64,000 nt of DNA, from assembly GCA_014905635.1 (NCBI GenBank), contig JABVCE010000016.1, forward strand, positions 62,001 through 126,000, given 5' to 3'. Shown one piece after another: positions 39,614-49,408 of the stretch. A program made the translations under genes and the position numbers. Source of the stretch: Scenedesmus sp. PABB004 (Eukaryota). Below the pieces are notes generated by a model. The model did no database searches. It was not told where the DNA came from and worked only from the letters and a program-made list of their open reading frames with translations. How positions within the stretch are numbered: the first letter of the stretch is position 1; the number at the start of each line of letters is the position of its first letter.

Positions 39614-40404
39614 CGCGCCGCCGCCCGCCCTCCGCGCTCGCCCCGCGCGCGCCGCCCTCGGCCGGCCGCCCCGGCAGGTCACGAGCATGTCGATCAGCGT
39701 GGAGGGCGACCTGGACCTGGACAAGCTCAACTTCACCATGGGCGCGCTGCTGCAGAGCCGCGGGGAGGACCTCTACAGGCGCGCGCCGCCGCGCCGCGCA
39801 CCGGCGCGCGCCGCACGGGCAGGGCAGGGCACGGCAGAGCCCCCGCGGCCGCGCGCGGGGCGGCGCCGCGCGCGCGCCGCCGACGCTCGTCCTGAGCAAT
39901 TTCAGCTGAACACGATCAACCAACGATCGCATGACGACTAACAACATGACTAACAACATGACATAACATGACTAACAACACAACACGCCCCGCAGGATGA
40001 AGGGCATCCTTGCGATCCGGGGCCTCCCCGAGCGCTACGTCTTCCAGGTGCGCCGCGCCGCGCCGCGCCGCAGGCGCGGCCGGGGCGGGGCGCGGCGGGC
40101 GCGCGCGCGCGCGGGGGCGAGGGCCTGGGCGACGCCGCCATTTGCGACGCCGCGCCCGCCGCCGCCGCCGCCGGCCGGCCAGGCGGTGCACATGCTGTTT
40201 GAGGGCAGCCCCGACCGCCCGTGGCGGCCCGACGAGCCGCGCACGTCGCGCATGGTCTTCATCGGGCGCGAGATCGACGAGCCCGCGCTGCGCGAGGCCT
40301 TCCGGCGCTGCCTGGCCGACCCCGAGGTCACGGTCGAGGGCCCCGGCGGCGAGGCGGTCGCGGGCGCGGCCGCGGCGGCGACGGTCGCGGGCCGCGAGGC
40401 GTGA
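37225..40404 (+). CDS. COG0523/CobW-family metal-chaperone GTPase with a His-rich insert, probably plastid-targeted
   Basis: LPVTVITGFLGSGKTT, IENEFGEIDID, NNGCLCCTVR, IETTGLANP, VLNKADL, a long HD/HE-rich tract and CobW-C (LYRMKGIL..FQAVH..MVFIGR). Confidence 0.95.
39528..39610. repeat. (CT)n microsatellite in an intron
   Basis: Perfect CT run of about 83 bp. Confidence 0.97.
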
Positions 40405-40806
40405 GGCGCGCACCGCGCGGCGAGCGCGGCGCGATTCTTCTTTGTGGCGTTAAACGGTGGTGCGGCTGGCTGGTCCCAGCTGAGGGCTGCCCGGGGCGCG
40501 CGGGGCCAGCCAGGCTCGGGCAGCAGCGCTGGCTAGCGGCGGGCGCCGCGGCGCCGCGGGCGGCCGGCGGGGGCGCTAGCGCCCCCGCCAGCGCTGGCAC
40601 ACCTCCGCCCAGCTCTTGCGCGAGCACTCACACTGGCCCGCGGATCGATCGGGCCGTGACGCCTGACCTCGCGGCTGCCGCGCCCTGAGTCCTGCCCCGC
40701 CTCCGACCCGTGGCGCGCCCCGCCCCCCTCTCCGCTCCAGTCGCGTCGCCGCCAGCTCCCCCAACTCCGTCCGCCAGCTGCCGCGCGCGCTCGCGGCCGG
40801 GGCGCC

Positions 40807-42853
40807 ATGGCGGACGAGCTGCCCATGGAGGGCCTGGTGCGGGTCTTCCACTTCCTGCCCATCAAGCAGCGCAGCCGGCTGGCCTGTGTGTCCAAGGCCT
40901 GGCGCGCCGCGGCGGGGCAGGACGCGGTGGTGATGAGGCTGCAGCAGACCCACGTCCCCGCCTACCTTCATGTCGCCCTCCCCGACGGCCTCGGCCAGGC
41001 CCGCGCCGCGGCGTGCCCGCTGATGAGCCTGGCACGCTCGGCGGACCTCACCTGGGCCAGCTCCGCGACGGGGCACCTGCTGGAGAGCATGTGAGGCGCC
41101 CGAGAAGCCGCGCCGGCCGGGCGGGAAGCCACCCTCGCGCGCGCGCGCGCGCCGGCAGCTGCCCGTCGCGCCGCTCCTGCCTGGACCGACTCACACGCGC
41201 CCGCGCACGCCGTGCCCCGCCCGCAGGCCGTCGCTGGAGCGGCTCGCGTTCACCAGCATGTCCAGCGTCCCCGCGGGCGGCCTGGAGAGCGAGCCGAGCG
41301 GGCTGCAGAGCCTCCGGAGCCTCACCAACCTGCACAGCCTGCAGCTCAACATCAGCGACGCCGCGCCCGTGCTGGAGGCCGTGCCCAGCGCGCCCGCCAC
41401 CCTGCGCGAGCTCGAGCTCCACCTCACGGGCGACAACTGGCGCAGCAGCGTGCTGGACAAGGTCGCCACCCAGCTGGGCGCGCAGGTGGGGGCGCCGCGG
41501 GCGCCGGCGCGGCGCGCGCTGCGCGCACCGGGCGGCAGCGCGCCGCTCCGCTGCCGCGGCGGCGCCGCCCCCTGGCCGCGCGCCACTGCCTGACCCCTGA
41601 CCCGGTCCGCCTGCCGCCTGCCGCCTGCCGCCTGCTGCCTGCCGCCTGGCGCGCTGCACCGCCGCCGCGCCGCCGCGCCCGCGCCGCAGGCGAGCCAGCT
41701 GCGCGCGCTCGTGCTGCGCTGCTCGCACGCGTCGGTCTATGCCGCCGCGGAGTCGCTCGAGTCGCTGTCGCGCCTCACCGGCCTCACGTCGCTGCGCATG
41801 GGCCCCAACCCCGAGGACCTGCACCCGCACGCGAGCCCGCTAGGCTTTCCCCGCCTGCCGGCTTTCCTCGCGGCGATGGGCAACCTTCAGAGCCTCGACA
41901 TCAGCGTCGCCGACTCTGCGAGCGCGGCGAGCCTCGCGGGGCTGAGCTTTGAGCCCATCCGCCACATCCGCGACGTGCGGCTCAGCCTGCGCGCCGACAC
42001 GTCGATTCGCGCCGTCACGAGCCTGCCGCCGAGCCTCGCCGCGGTCGCGGGGCTGTCGAGCCTCACCGTGCAGGCGTTCACGTTTGAGGACCCCGGCGGC
42101 TGGTGCACGCACGCGGTGTTTGACCTGCGCGCGCTCGCGCGCTGCGCGCGCCTCCGCGCGCTCGACCTGCAGCTCGGCACGTGGGAGTGCGAGCACTGCG
42201 AGGCGTTTGAGCTCCCCGGGCTCGGCGAGCTCGGGCAGCTGCACAGCCTGCGCGTCGGCATCACCTCGCGCTCCATCGACCTCGGCGCGCCCGGCGCGGT
42301 GCAGGAGGTGCGCCTCGCGCTGCCGCCGATGCGGCCCGCCGCGGCGGTGCACGTGACCACGAGCATGCGCGTGGTGCTGCGCAACAGCAAGGTCCTCGCG
42401 CGCGCGGCGTCGCCCGGCGTGCTCGCACACAGCATCCTGCTGGAGGAGCCGCTGCCGCAGCGCAAGCCCGCGGCGGACGCGCCTGCGCCCGTGGCCGCGG
42501 GCGCGGACGCGGGCGCGGACGCGGGCGCGGGCGCGCCCGCGCGCGGCGGCGGCGCGGCGGCGCCGGCCGCCGCCGCGCCGGGCTCGCCGCCGGCGCGCCA
42601 GTTTGTGCGCGCGCCGGCGCACGTCGTGATCAGCGCGCTGCGCGACCTGTGGCCCGGCATGGAGGTGTGGCAGTATCCCATGCGCCTGCCGGGGCTCGGC
42701 CCCGGCCAGCAGGTCACGCCCGAGCTGCTGTGCAAGGTCACGGCGCGTGACGAAATGCAGGCGCAGCTCTGGCAGGACCTCGTCGGCGCGGCGGGCGCGG
42801 CGGGCGACGTCACGGGCGTGGACGCGCGCGCGCAGATCGGGCTGTGGCGCTAG
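40807..42853 (+). CDS. F-box protein with leucine-rich-repeat-like region
   Basis: MADELPMEGLVRVFHFLPIKQRSRLACVSKAWR (F-box), then LxxLxL repeats (LTNLHSLQL, LRELELHL, LTGLTSLRM, LQSLDI). Three exons. Confidence 0.8.
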
Positions 42854-43514
42854 GCCGGTGCGTGCTGCACCGCGCGTGGTGTGGTGTCCTTGCGCCCCGC
42901 GCCCCTTTGCGGGCGGTGGGCGAGCACTGCGGCAGCGGCGCGGCGAGAGGAGCGGGGGGCGCAGCACGCGGCGTGCGCGACGTCATTGTGGCTGCAGCTA
43001 GTCGTCGCGCCCGTGCGCGATCGATTCATTGATTGATTGCGGGCCGAGACCCGCATGGCGAGAGCTTGACTTGAGCGCGCGGCAACGCGCGCGCGCGCGC
43101 CACGAGGCGCGCTGGGGAGGGGGGCCAGGCGGTGCGTTACGAGTTGGCGCGCGCGCCACCGGTGTGCCGGCTCACTCAGCAGGTGGCAAGTGCGTGTAGA
43201 AAGAAAAGCGGCGACCAACCGCGGCCGCGTCCCCGCCAGCCAGACGACGACACCCCGACACCCGGCTTGCCTCACACCCAACGGATTCTGCGCGCCAGGG
43301 CAGCAGGCGCGATCCGCCCGCCCGCAGTGCGTGCACGCCCGGCGTGGTGAAGAGCTGCGAGCGATCAGTGTCAGCATGACGCAATGTTGGTGCAGGGCTG
43401 GCGGCCGCGCTGTGTGCGAGGCTTGGAGCCGCACAGCACTACAATTGGCGGGCGCCGTACGGCGCGCCGCGGGGCAGGGGCCTGTCAGCAGACCCCGCTG
43501 CGGTCAATGCAGGA

Positions 43515-46460
43515 TCAGTGGTCAATGCGTCCCAAACAATGGCCGGGCGAACCGGGCTGAGGCGTCCGCGCCGCGCGGCCGCCCGCTCGTGGGCTGCACG
43601 CTGCGGACGTCAAGCGCTGCCCCGGCCAATCCCGCAGCACGAGCGCCACGCCGCCGTCGCTGCCGGCGCCGACGAGCCCCAGCGCGCGGCAGACGCGCAG
43701 CGCCTCATCAAAGGCCTGCGCACGCTGCTCCGCCGGGCCCGCCACGTCCTCGCACAGCAGCCGCAGGTGCGCCTCGCTCATCCCAGTGGCGCCCTGCTGC
43801 GCCAGCCAGCCCACCAGCGCGCCCGCGGCGTCCCACACGCCCGGCTCGAGCCCAGCCAGCGCGCGCCCGCCGGGCGCCAGGCGCAGCAGCGCGGCGCCGC
43901 CGTCGTCGGCGCCGGGCGCGCCGCCGCCCACGGGCTCGGTCAGCGCCGCGTCAGCAAGGCGGCCCACCAGCGCCTGCAGCGCTGAGAGGCTCATGCTCGC
44001 GCCAGGCGGCGCGTGGGCCTGCTGCTGCAGCACCAGCTTGGCCAGGATCAGGGGGCTGAGCCCGGACGGCCAGTCGCACAGCATGCGCAGCGCGGCACGC
44101 GCCAGCGCAAGCGCCTGGCGCGCCGCCGCCGCCTCTGGCGCCGCTGCCGGCGGCCCGCCCGTGGCGCCCTTCGTGTCAGCTGCCGCTGGCGCCGAGCTCT
44201 CCACCTTGGCCGCGACAGGGGGCGAGCCCCCCTCGCGCGCTGCGCCGCCCGCCGGCAGCTTCGGGCGCGGCACCCGGAATGCCGGGTCTGCGCCGGCGTC
44301 GGGCGCGAGCGCGCCCAGCAGCTGCGGCGGCAGCAGCGCCCGCGCGGACGGCGGCAGCGCCGCGAGGATCGCCGCCGCCCCGCTGGCGGCCAGTCCGGGT
44401 GGTGCGGCGGCCGCAGCCGCTGCGGCGGTGGCCGCGGCAGCGGCGGCCGCGCGAGCGCTCAGCTCCGCCTGCGCCGCGGCCTGCACCTGCGCCGCCGCGT
44501 GCGCGGCCTGCGCCTCTGCCGCCGGCGTCTGCGCCGCCTGCGGCGCAAGCAGCAGCCGCCCAATCTGCTGGTGCCACAGCAGCAGCAGCACGAGCTGCTG
44601 CAGCTGGCTCTCCCACAGCTCAAACAGCTGCGCGTGCGACACGACGGGGTCGTCGTCGGCGCCGCCGAGCGCGGGCTGCGGCGCCTGCTGCGGCGCCTGC
44701 AGCAGGCCGATGGCTGTCTCGAGCTGCATCTGCTGGTGCCGCAGCACCGCCGCCAGGCGGTTGGCCTGCTGCTCCAGCGCCGCCGCGCGCTGCTGCTCCG
44801 GCAGGGAGAGGACCGAGGCCGGCCCGCCGCGCCCGCCGTTGCGCCCCGGCTTGACCACGATGCGGCGCGAGCTCAGGTGCTGCGCGGCCGCGGCGGGCAC
44901 GTGCGCCGCGGCGGCGGCGGCGGGGTCCGCGCCGCCGCCGCCGCCGCCGCGCGGCGGCAGCGGCGCGGCGCCTTTGGGCGTGCTGCACGCCGCCACGGCC
45001 TTGAGCAGCGCGTCCATGCTGCCCTTGGCCGCGGCGGCGGCGGCGGCGCGCTTGTCGCCGCCGTCCGCGGCGCCCGCCGCCGTGCGCACCGGCGGCAGCC
45101 CCGGCGCCTCCTCGCGCGGCGCGGCGCCCTGCTGCTCGTCCAGCGCCGCCTGCACGCGCGCAAGCAGGTCGGCGCCCGCGCCTGTGTTGGCGTCGCCGCC
45201 CGCCGCCGCGACCGCCGCGGCGGCCGCGTCGCTCAGGTGCTTTGTCGCGCCCGCGCCGCCGCCGCTGCGGCTCGCGGCGAGCAGCGAGCCGATGATGTTC
45301 GTCCACATGCCCGGCGGCCCCGCCGCCGCCTCGCGCGCGCCCGCGTCGCCGTGCGGCGCCGCCGCCGCGCCTGGGCTGCTGCGCGCGGGGCGGGGCTTCG
45401 CCGCCGCTGCGCCGTCGTGGTTCAGCGCCAGCAGCGTCTGCGCGAGGTCCTGCAGCCCCGAGCCGCCGGAGCCGCCGGGGCTCGCGGTGCGCTGCAGCTT
45501 GGCCGGCGGTCCGGGCGCGGCGTCCGGCGGCGCGGCGTCGAGCGCGTGCGGCGCGCTGCCCGCTGCGGCGCCGCCGCGCCCGGGCAGCGGCAGGCCCAGC
45601 TTCTGCGCCAGCTGCCCCAAGATCTCCGCCGCCGCGCTGCCCTCCTTGGCGCCCTTGGCGTCCGCCGCGCGGGCGGCGGCGCCCGCGGCGCCCGCAGGCT
45701 GCGGCTTGCCGCTCGCGCCGGGCTTGGGCGCCGCCGGCGGCGCCGCGCCGCCGGGCTGGCCGCCGCCGCCGTCCGCGGCGGCGGGCGCCGGGCGCTTGCT
45801 GCGCTTGTGCTGCTCGCTCGCGGCCAGGAGCGCCAGCAGCGTCTCGCGCTGCTGCTGCACCTGGTGCAGCCGCGCCGCTTTGCTCTCCTCGTCGGGCAGC
45901 GCCGCCGCCTTGACCGCCGCCGCGGCCGCGGCCGCCTCCTTGATGTCAGCCTCGCTGGCGGCGCTCGGCAGGGGCAGCGCGGCGCTGCGCTTGCGGCTGC
46001 CGCCCGCGGCGGCCGCCGCCGCGAGCAGCGCGGCCACCGCCTCTGGTGTCCGCGCCGCGCCGTCGGCCGCGGCGGCGGCGCCGTCGGCGGCGCCGTCCCC
46101 CTCCCGCTTCACGCCCGCAGGCGCGGCCGCCGCGCCGGGCACGCCGGCGCGCGACTGCTCGCCCGCGGGCGGGCTGCCGCGCGCGCCCGGCGCGCCGCCG
46201 CTGGACTGCTCCTCCACGCGGCCGCGCTTGTGCGCCGGCTCCTCGCCGCTCGCGCTGGCCGGCTCCGCGCCGCCGTCGCGGGCCGCCGCGCTGCCGGCGC
46301 TGCCGGCGCCGGCGGCAGCGCCGCTGCCGCCGGCCCGGGCGTCGTGTGCGGCCGCCGCGGGCTTCTCCTCCTCGCCCGCCGCGCGCCGCTTGCGCCCGGC
46401 GCCCGTTGTCGGGCTGGCGTCGCCGCCGCCCTGCCCTGGCGGCTGCGCCTTGACCTGCAT
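43515..46460 (-). CDS. Large low-complexity uncharacterised protein, possibly nuclear
   Basis: Uninterrupted ~980-aa ORF with protein-like composition, NLS-like RKRR/HKRGR, Gln-rich coiled coils and a globular C-terminus. Start codon uncertain. Confidence 0.55.
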   Translation of the reverse strand: MQVKAQPPGQGGGDASPTTGAGRKRRAAGEEEKPAAAAHDARAGGSGAAAGAGSAGSAAARDGGAEPASASGEEPAHKRGRVEEQSSGGAPGARGSPPAGEQSRAGVPGAAAAPAGVKREGDGAADGAAAAADGAARTPEAVAALLAAAAAAGGSRKRSAALPLPSAASEADIKEAAAAAAAVKAAALPDEESKAARLHQVQQQRETLLALLAASEQHKRSKRPAPAAADGGGGQPGGAAPPAAPKPGASGKPQPAGAAGAAARAADAKGAKEGSAAAEILGQLAQKLGLPLPGRGGAAAGSAPHALDAAPPDAAPGPPAKLQRTASPGGSGGSGLQDLAQTLLALNHDGAAAAKPRPARSSPGAAAAPHGDAGAREAAAGPPGMWTNIIGSLLAASRSGGGAGATKHLSDAAAAAVAAAGGDANTGAGADLLARVQAALDEQQGAAPREEAPGLPPVRTAAGAADGGDKRAAAAAAAKGSMDALLKAVAACSTPKGAAPLPPRGGGGGGADPAAAAAAHVPAAAAQHLSSRRIVVKPGRNGGRGGPASVLSLPEQQRAAALEQQANRLAAVLRHQQMQLETAIGLLQAPQQAPQPALGGADDDPVVSHAQLFELWESQLQQLVLLLLWHQQIGRLLLAPQAAQTPAAEAQAAHAAAQVQAAAQAELSARAAAAAAATAAAAAAAAPPGLAASGAAAILAALPPSARALLPPQLLGALAPDAGADPAFRVPRPKLPAGGAAREGGSPPVAAKVESSAPAAADTKGATGGPPAAAPEAAAARQALALARAALRMLCDWPSGLSPLILAKLVLQQQAHAPPGASMSLSALQALVGRLADAALTEPVGGGAPGADDGGAALLRLAPGGRALAGLEPGVWDAAGALVGWLAQQGATGMSEAHLRLLCEDVAGPAEQRAQAFDEALRVCRALGLVGAGSDGGVALVLRDWPGQRLTSAACSPRAGGRAARTPQPGSPGHCLGRIDH

Positions 46461-46678
46461 CGCCCGCCTCACCCGCGCGCGGCCGTCTCGCCCGCCGGGC
46501 GGCCGATCAGCGGCCCGCCACGCGCTGCCGGCCCTGCCCGTGGGCCGTCGCGTCGCCGGCTACCGCTCCGAGCGCTGCACAGCCCGCGGCGCGCCCGGGG
46601 TGCGATGCAGGACCCCCGGATGGGCGAAATGCGGTAGAGGACGAGCGGGCTCTCGCTGCCACCCGGAGGCCGCGCCCG

Positions 46679-46987
46679 CGCGTGAGCCCGCGGCGCGCTC
46701 ACGGCCCGGGCGCGCGCGCGGGGCCCATCGCGCACGGCTGGGGACGCGGGGTCGCCGTGGGCATCGTACTCCGCAGCGCTGCACCCCTGCTGGTCCGTCG
46801 GCGCCGCGGGGCGTCTGCGCGCGCTGCCGCCTGCCCCGCCCCGCAGCGCCGCGGGGGCGGGGCGCACGCGGCCCGCGGGTTCCGGGGCGCCCGTAGCGCT
46901 GCCAGGACTGTCGGCGCGGCGCCTCGCCCGCCAGCGGGCGAGGGGCGGCGCGGGTGCGGCGACGGCGGCAGCGGGGAGCTTGCGCGC
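46679..46987 (+). repeat. Left arm of a ~310-bp inverted repeat
   Basis: Reverse complement of 48955-49279 with few substitutions and small indels. Confidence 0.92.
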
Positions 46988-47101
46988 CTCAGCGCCGTCA
47001 CCGCGCGATCGCCGCCGCCGCCCCGCTGCCGGCTTGGCCGCCGCTCCTGCGCGCCGTGCGCCGTCGGGTGCTCCCACGACGCGCACAAGCAGCAGTCAGT
47101 C

Positions 47102-48729
47102 ATGGGGCGCGTGAACTGGTTCCCCGGCCACATGGCGGCGGCGATGGCGACGCTCAAGCGGCTGCTGCGCGGGCCGGTCGACCTGGTGCTGGAGGTCCGG
47201 GACGCGCGGGTGAGCTGGCGCGCGCGCCCCGGGCCCGCCAGGAGCATGGACGGGCGGTCTGCGGCGCGCGCGGGCGAGCAGCGGCGAGCGGCGGCGGCCG
47301 CCGCGCGCTCGCGCGCAGGTGCCGCTCTCCTCCGCCAACCCCAAGCTGGAGGCGCTGCTGCAGGGCAAGCGGCGCATCGTGGTGCTGAGCAAGGCCGATC
47401 TCGTGCCGCGCGGCGCGGCGCAGGTGCGACGGCCGCGCCGTCGCCGAGCAGCCGGCACAGCCGCGCACCCCGCCGGCGGCGCCCCTCACGCGCGCGCGCC
47501 GGCCGCCGCCGCCGGCCGCAGGCGGCGCTGCGGGCCCTGGAGGCGCAGGGCCTGCGCGCGCTTCCGGCGAGCGCCGCGTCGCCGCCGAGCGTGCGGCGGC
47601 TGCTCGCCGCGGCGTCGGGGTGGCTCGCCGCGGAGCGGTCGGGGTGCGAGCTAAGCATAATGATGGTGGTCGGCCTGCCCAACTCGGGCAAGTCGAGCCT
47701 GATCAACGCGCTCAAGCTCGCCGCGCGCTCGGCCGGTGCGGCGCGTGCGCGCGCGGCGGCGGCGCGCGGCGCGGGGCCGGCGCGGCGCCGACCGCCGCGC
47801 GCGCCGAACGCCGCCGCCGCCGCGCGCCGCCGCCGCCGCGCCGCCGCCGCCGCCGCAGGCGCGCTCGGCGGCGAGCAGGCGCACCAGCGGCGCGCCGCGG
47901 TCGGCGCGGCGCCCGGGCTGACGCGGCAGGTCAGCGGGTTCCAGGTGTGTGCCGCGCCGTCGCCGGTGTACGTGCTCGACACGCCAGGCATCATGCCGCC
48001 CAACGTGCCCGACGACGCGGCCGGCTTCCGGCTGGCGCTCGCGGGTGCGGGCCGGCGCGCGCCGCAGGCCTGCGGCGCGCGCGCGCGCGCGCAGGGGCGC
48101 TCGGCGGCGCCGCGGCCGCCCGCGCACACGACGTGCCCGCCCCGCCGCGCAGGCGCGGTGAGGGACTCGGTCGTCGGCGAGGAGGCGATCGTGCGCCAGC
48201 TGCTCGCCCTGCTCGCCGCGGCGCCGCGGCACCGCGCCGCGCTGCGGGCCGCGCAGGCGCCCGGCTTCCGGCCGCCCGGCCGCGGCCCGCCCGGCGGCGC
48301 GCGGCCCGGCGGCGACCGGCTCTCGCCGCAGCGCGTGCGCGCGATGCGCGCCGCGCTCGCGGATGCGGCCGACGCGCTGGCGGGCGTGGCCGGCCACGGC
48401 GGCGCGGCTGGCGCGGGCGGGGCGTGGCACCCGGGCGTCGACGACGCCTCGTTTGACGCCAGCGACGTGGCGCTCGACCTTCTGCTGAGCCGGCTCGGCG
48501 CGGCCGGCGGGACCAACCCCCAGGTGGAGACCGGCGCCTACATCCGCCTGCTGCAGGTGCGCCGCCAGCGCGTGGGCCGCGGGCCGCGCGCGGGGCCCGC
48601 GGGCGCGGCGCGCCGCGCCGCCGCGGACGCCGAGGCGGACGCCGAGGCCGCCGCCCCGCCGCGCACGTGCAGGCCTTCCGGGCGGGTGAGCTTGGGCGGT
48701 ACATGCTGGACAACCTTGACAACCGCTGA
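47102..48729 (+). CDS. YlqF/RbgA-family circularly permuted GTPase (organellar ribosome biogenesis)
   Basis: MGRVNWFPGHM, LEVRDARVPLSSANP, LSKADL, VGLPNSGKSSLINAL, PGLTR, VLDTPGI; last exon AFRAGELGRYMLD, TGA 48727-48729. Confidence 0.93.
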
Positions 48730-48954
48730 CCGGCCGCGCGGCGGCGGCCAAGACACCCCAAGCCCTCGGCAGCACACCCGGGCGCGGCGCGGCGGCGTGA
48801 GTGGCGGCGAGCGGCGCCGGCCGGCGCCGCCAGCTGCACTGCCCGTGGCACGCCCGGCGCGCGCCGCTCAGCTCCCGCCTGCGGCTGCACCACGCCCGCA
48901 GGCCGCCGCTGGACCGGCGCCCGCCTGCCTGCTGGCGCCACGCACAAGCAGCGC

Positions 48955-49279
48955 GCACGCAAGCTCCCCGCTGCCGCCGTCGCCGCACCCACGCCGCCCC
49001 GCCACGCTGGCGCGGCTGGCGGGCGAGGCGTGGTGCTGCCGCGCCGACAGTCCTGGCAGCGCTACGGGCGCGCCGGAACCCGCGGGCCGTGCGCGCCCCG
49101 CCCCCGTGGCGCTGCGGAGCGGGGCAGGCGGCAGCGCGCGCAGACGCCCCGCGGCGCCGACGGACCAGCAGGGGTGCAGCGCTGCGGAGTACGATGCCCA
49201 CGGCGACCCCGCGTCCCCAGCCGTGCGCGATGGGCCCCGCGCGCGCGCCCGGGCCGTGAGCGCGCCGCGGGCTCACGCG
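48955..49279 (-). repeat. Right arm of the inverted repeat
   Basis: Reverse complement of 46679-46987. Confidence 0.92.
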
Positions 49280-49408
49280 AGGCGACCGGGGCGTGGCGGC
49301 AAGCGCGGCGGCGCGGGATGACCCCGCCTGACGCGTGGCAGCAGGCTGTGGGGCGCGGCGAGCGGGGTCGCGCGTGTTGCAAAGAGCCCCGCGCTTCGGC
49401 GCCGCCGC

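Noticed and set aside
43786..46896. Very long Ala/Arg/Pro-rich ORFs on + (also 49460-52216, 52997-56254, 60903-63635)
   Set aside because: Stop-codon scarcity at very high GC; they are antisense to better-supported genes.
46679..49279. Calling the inverted-repeat segment a transposon
   Set aside because: No transposase, TSD or recognisable terminal motif; kept only as a repeat and a hypothesis.
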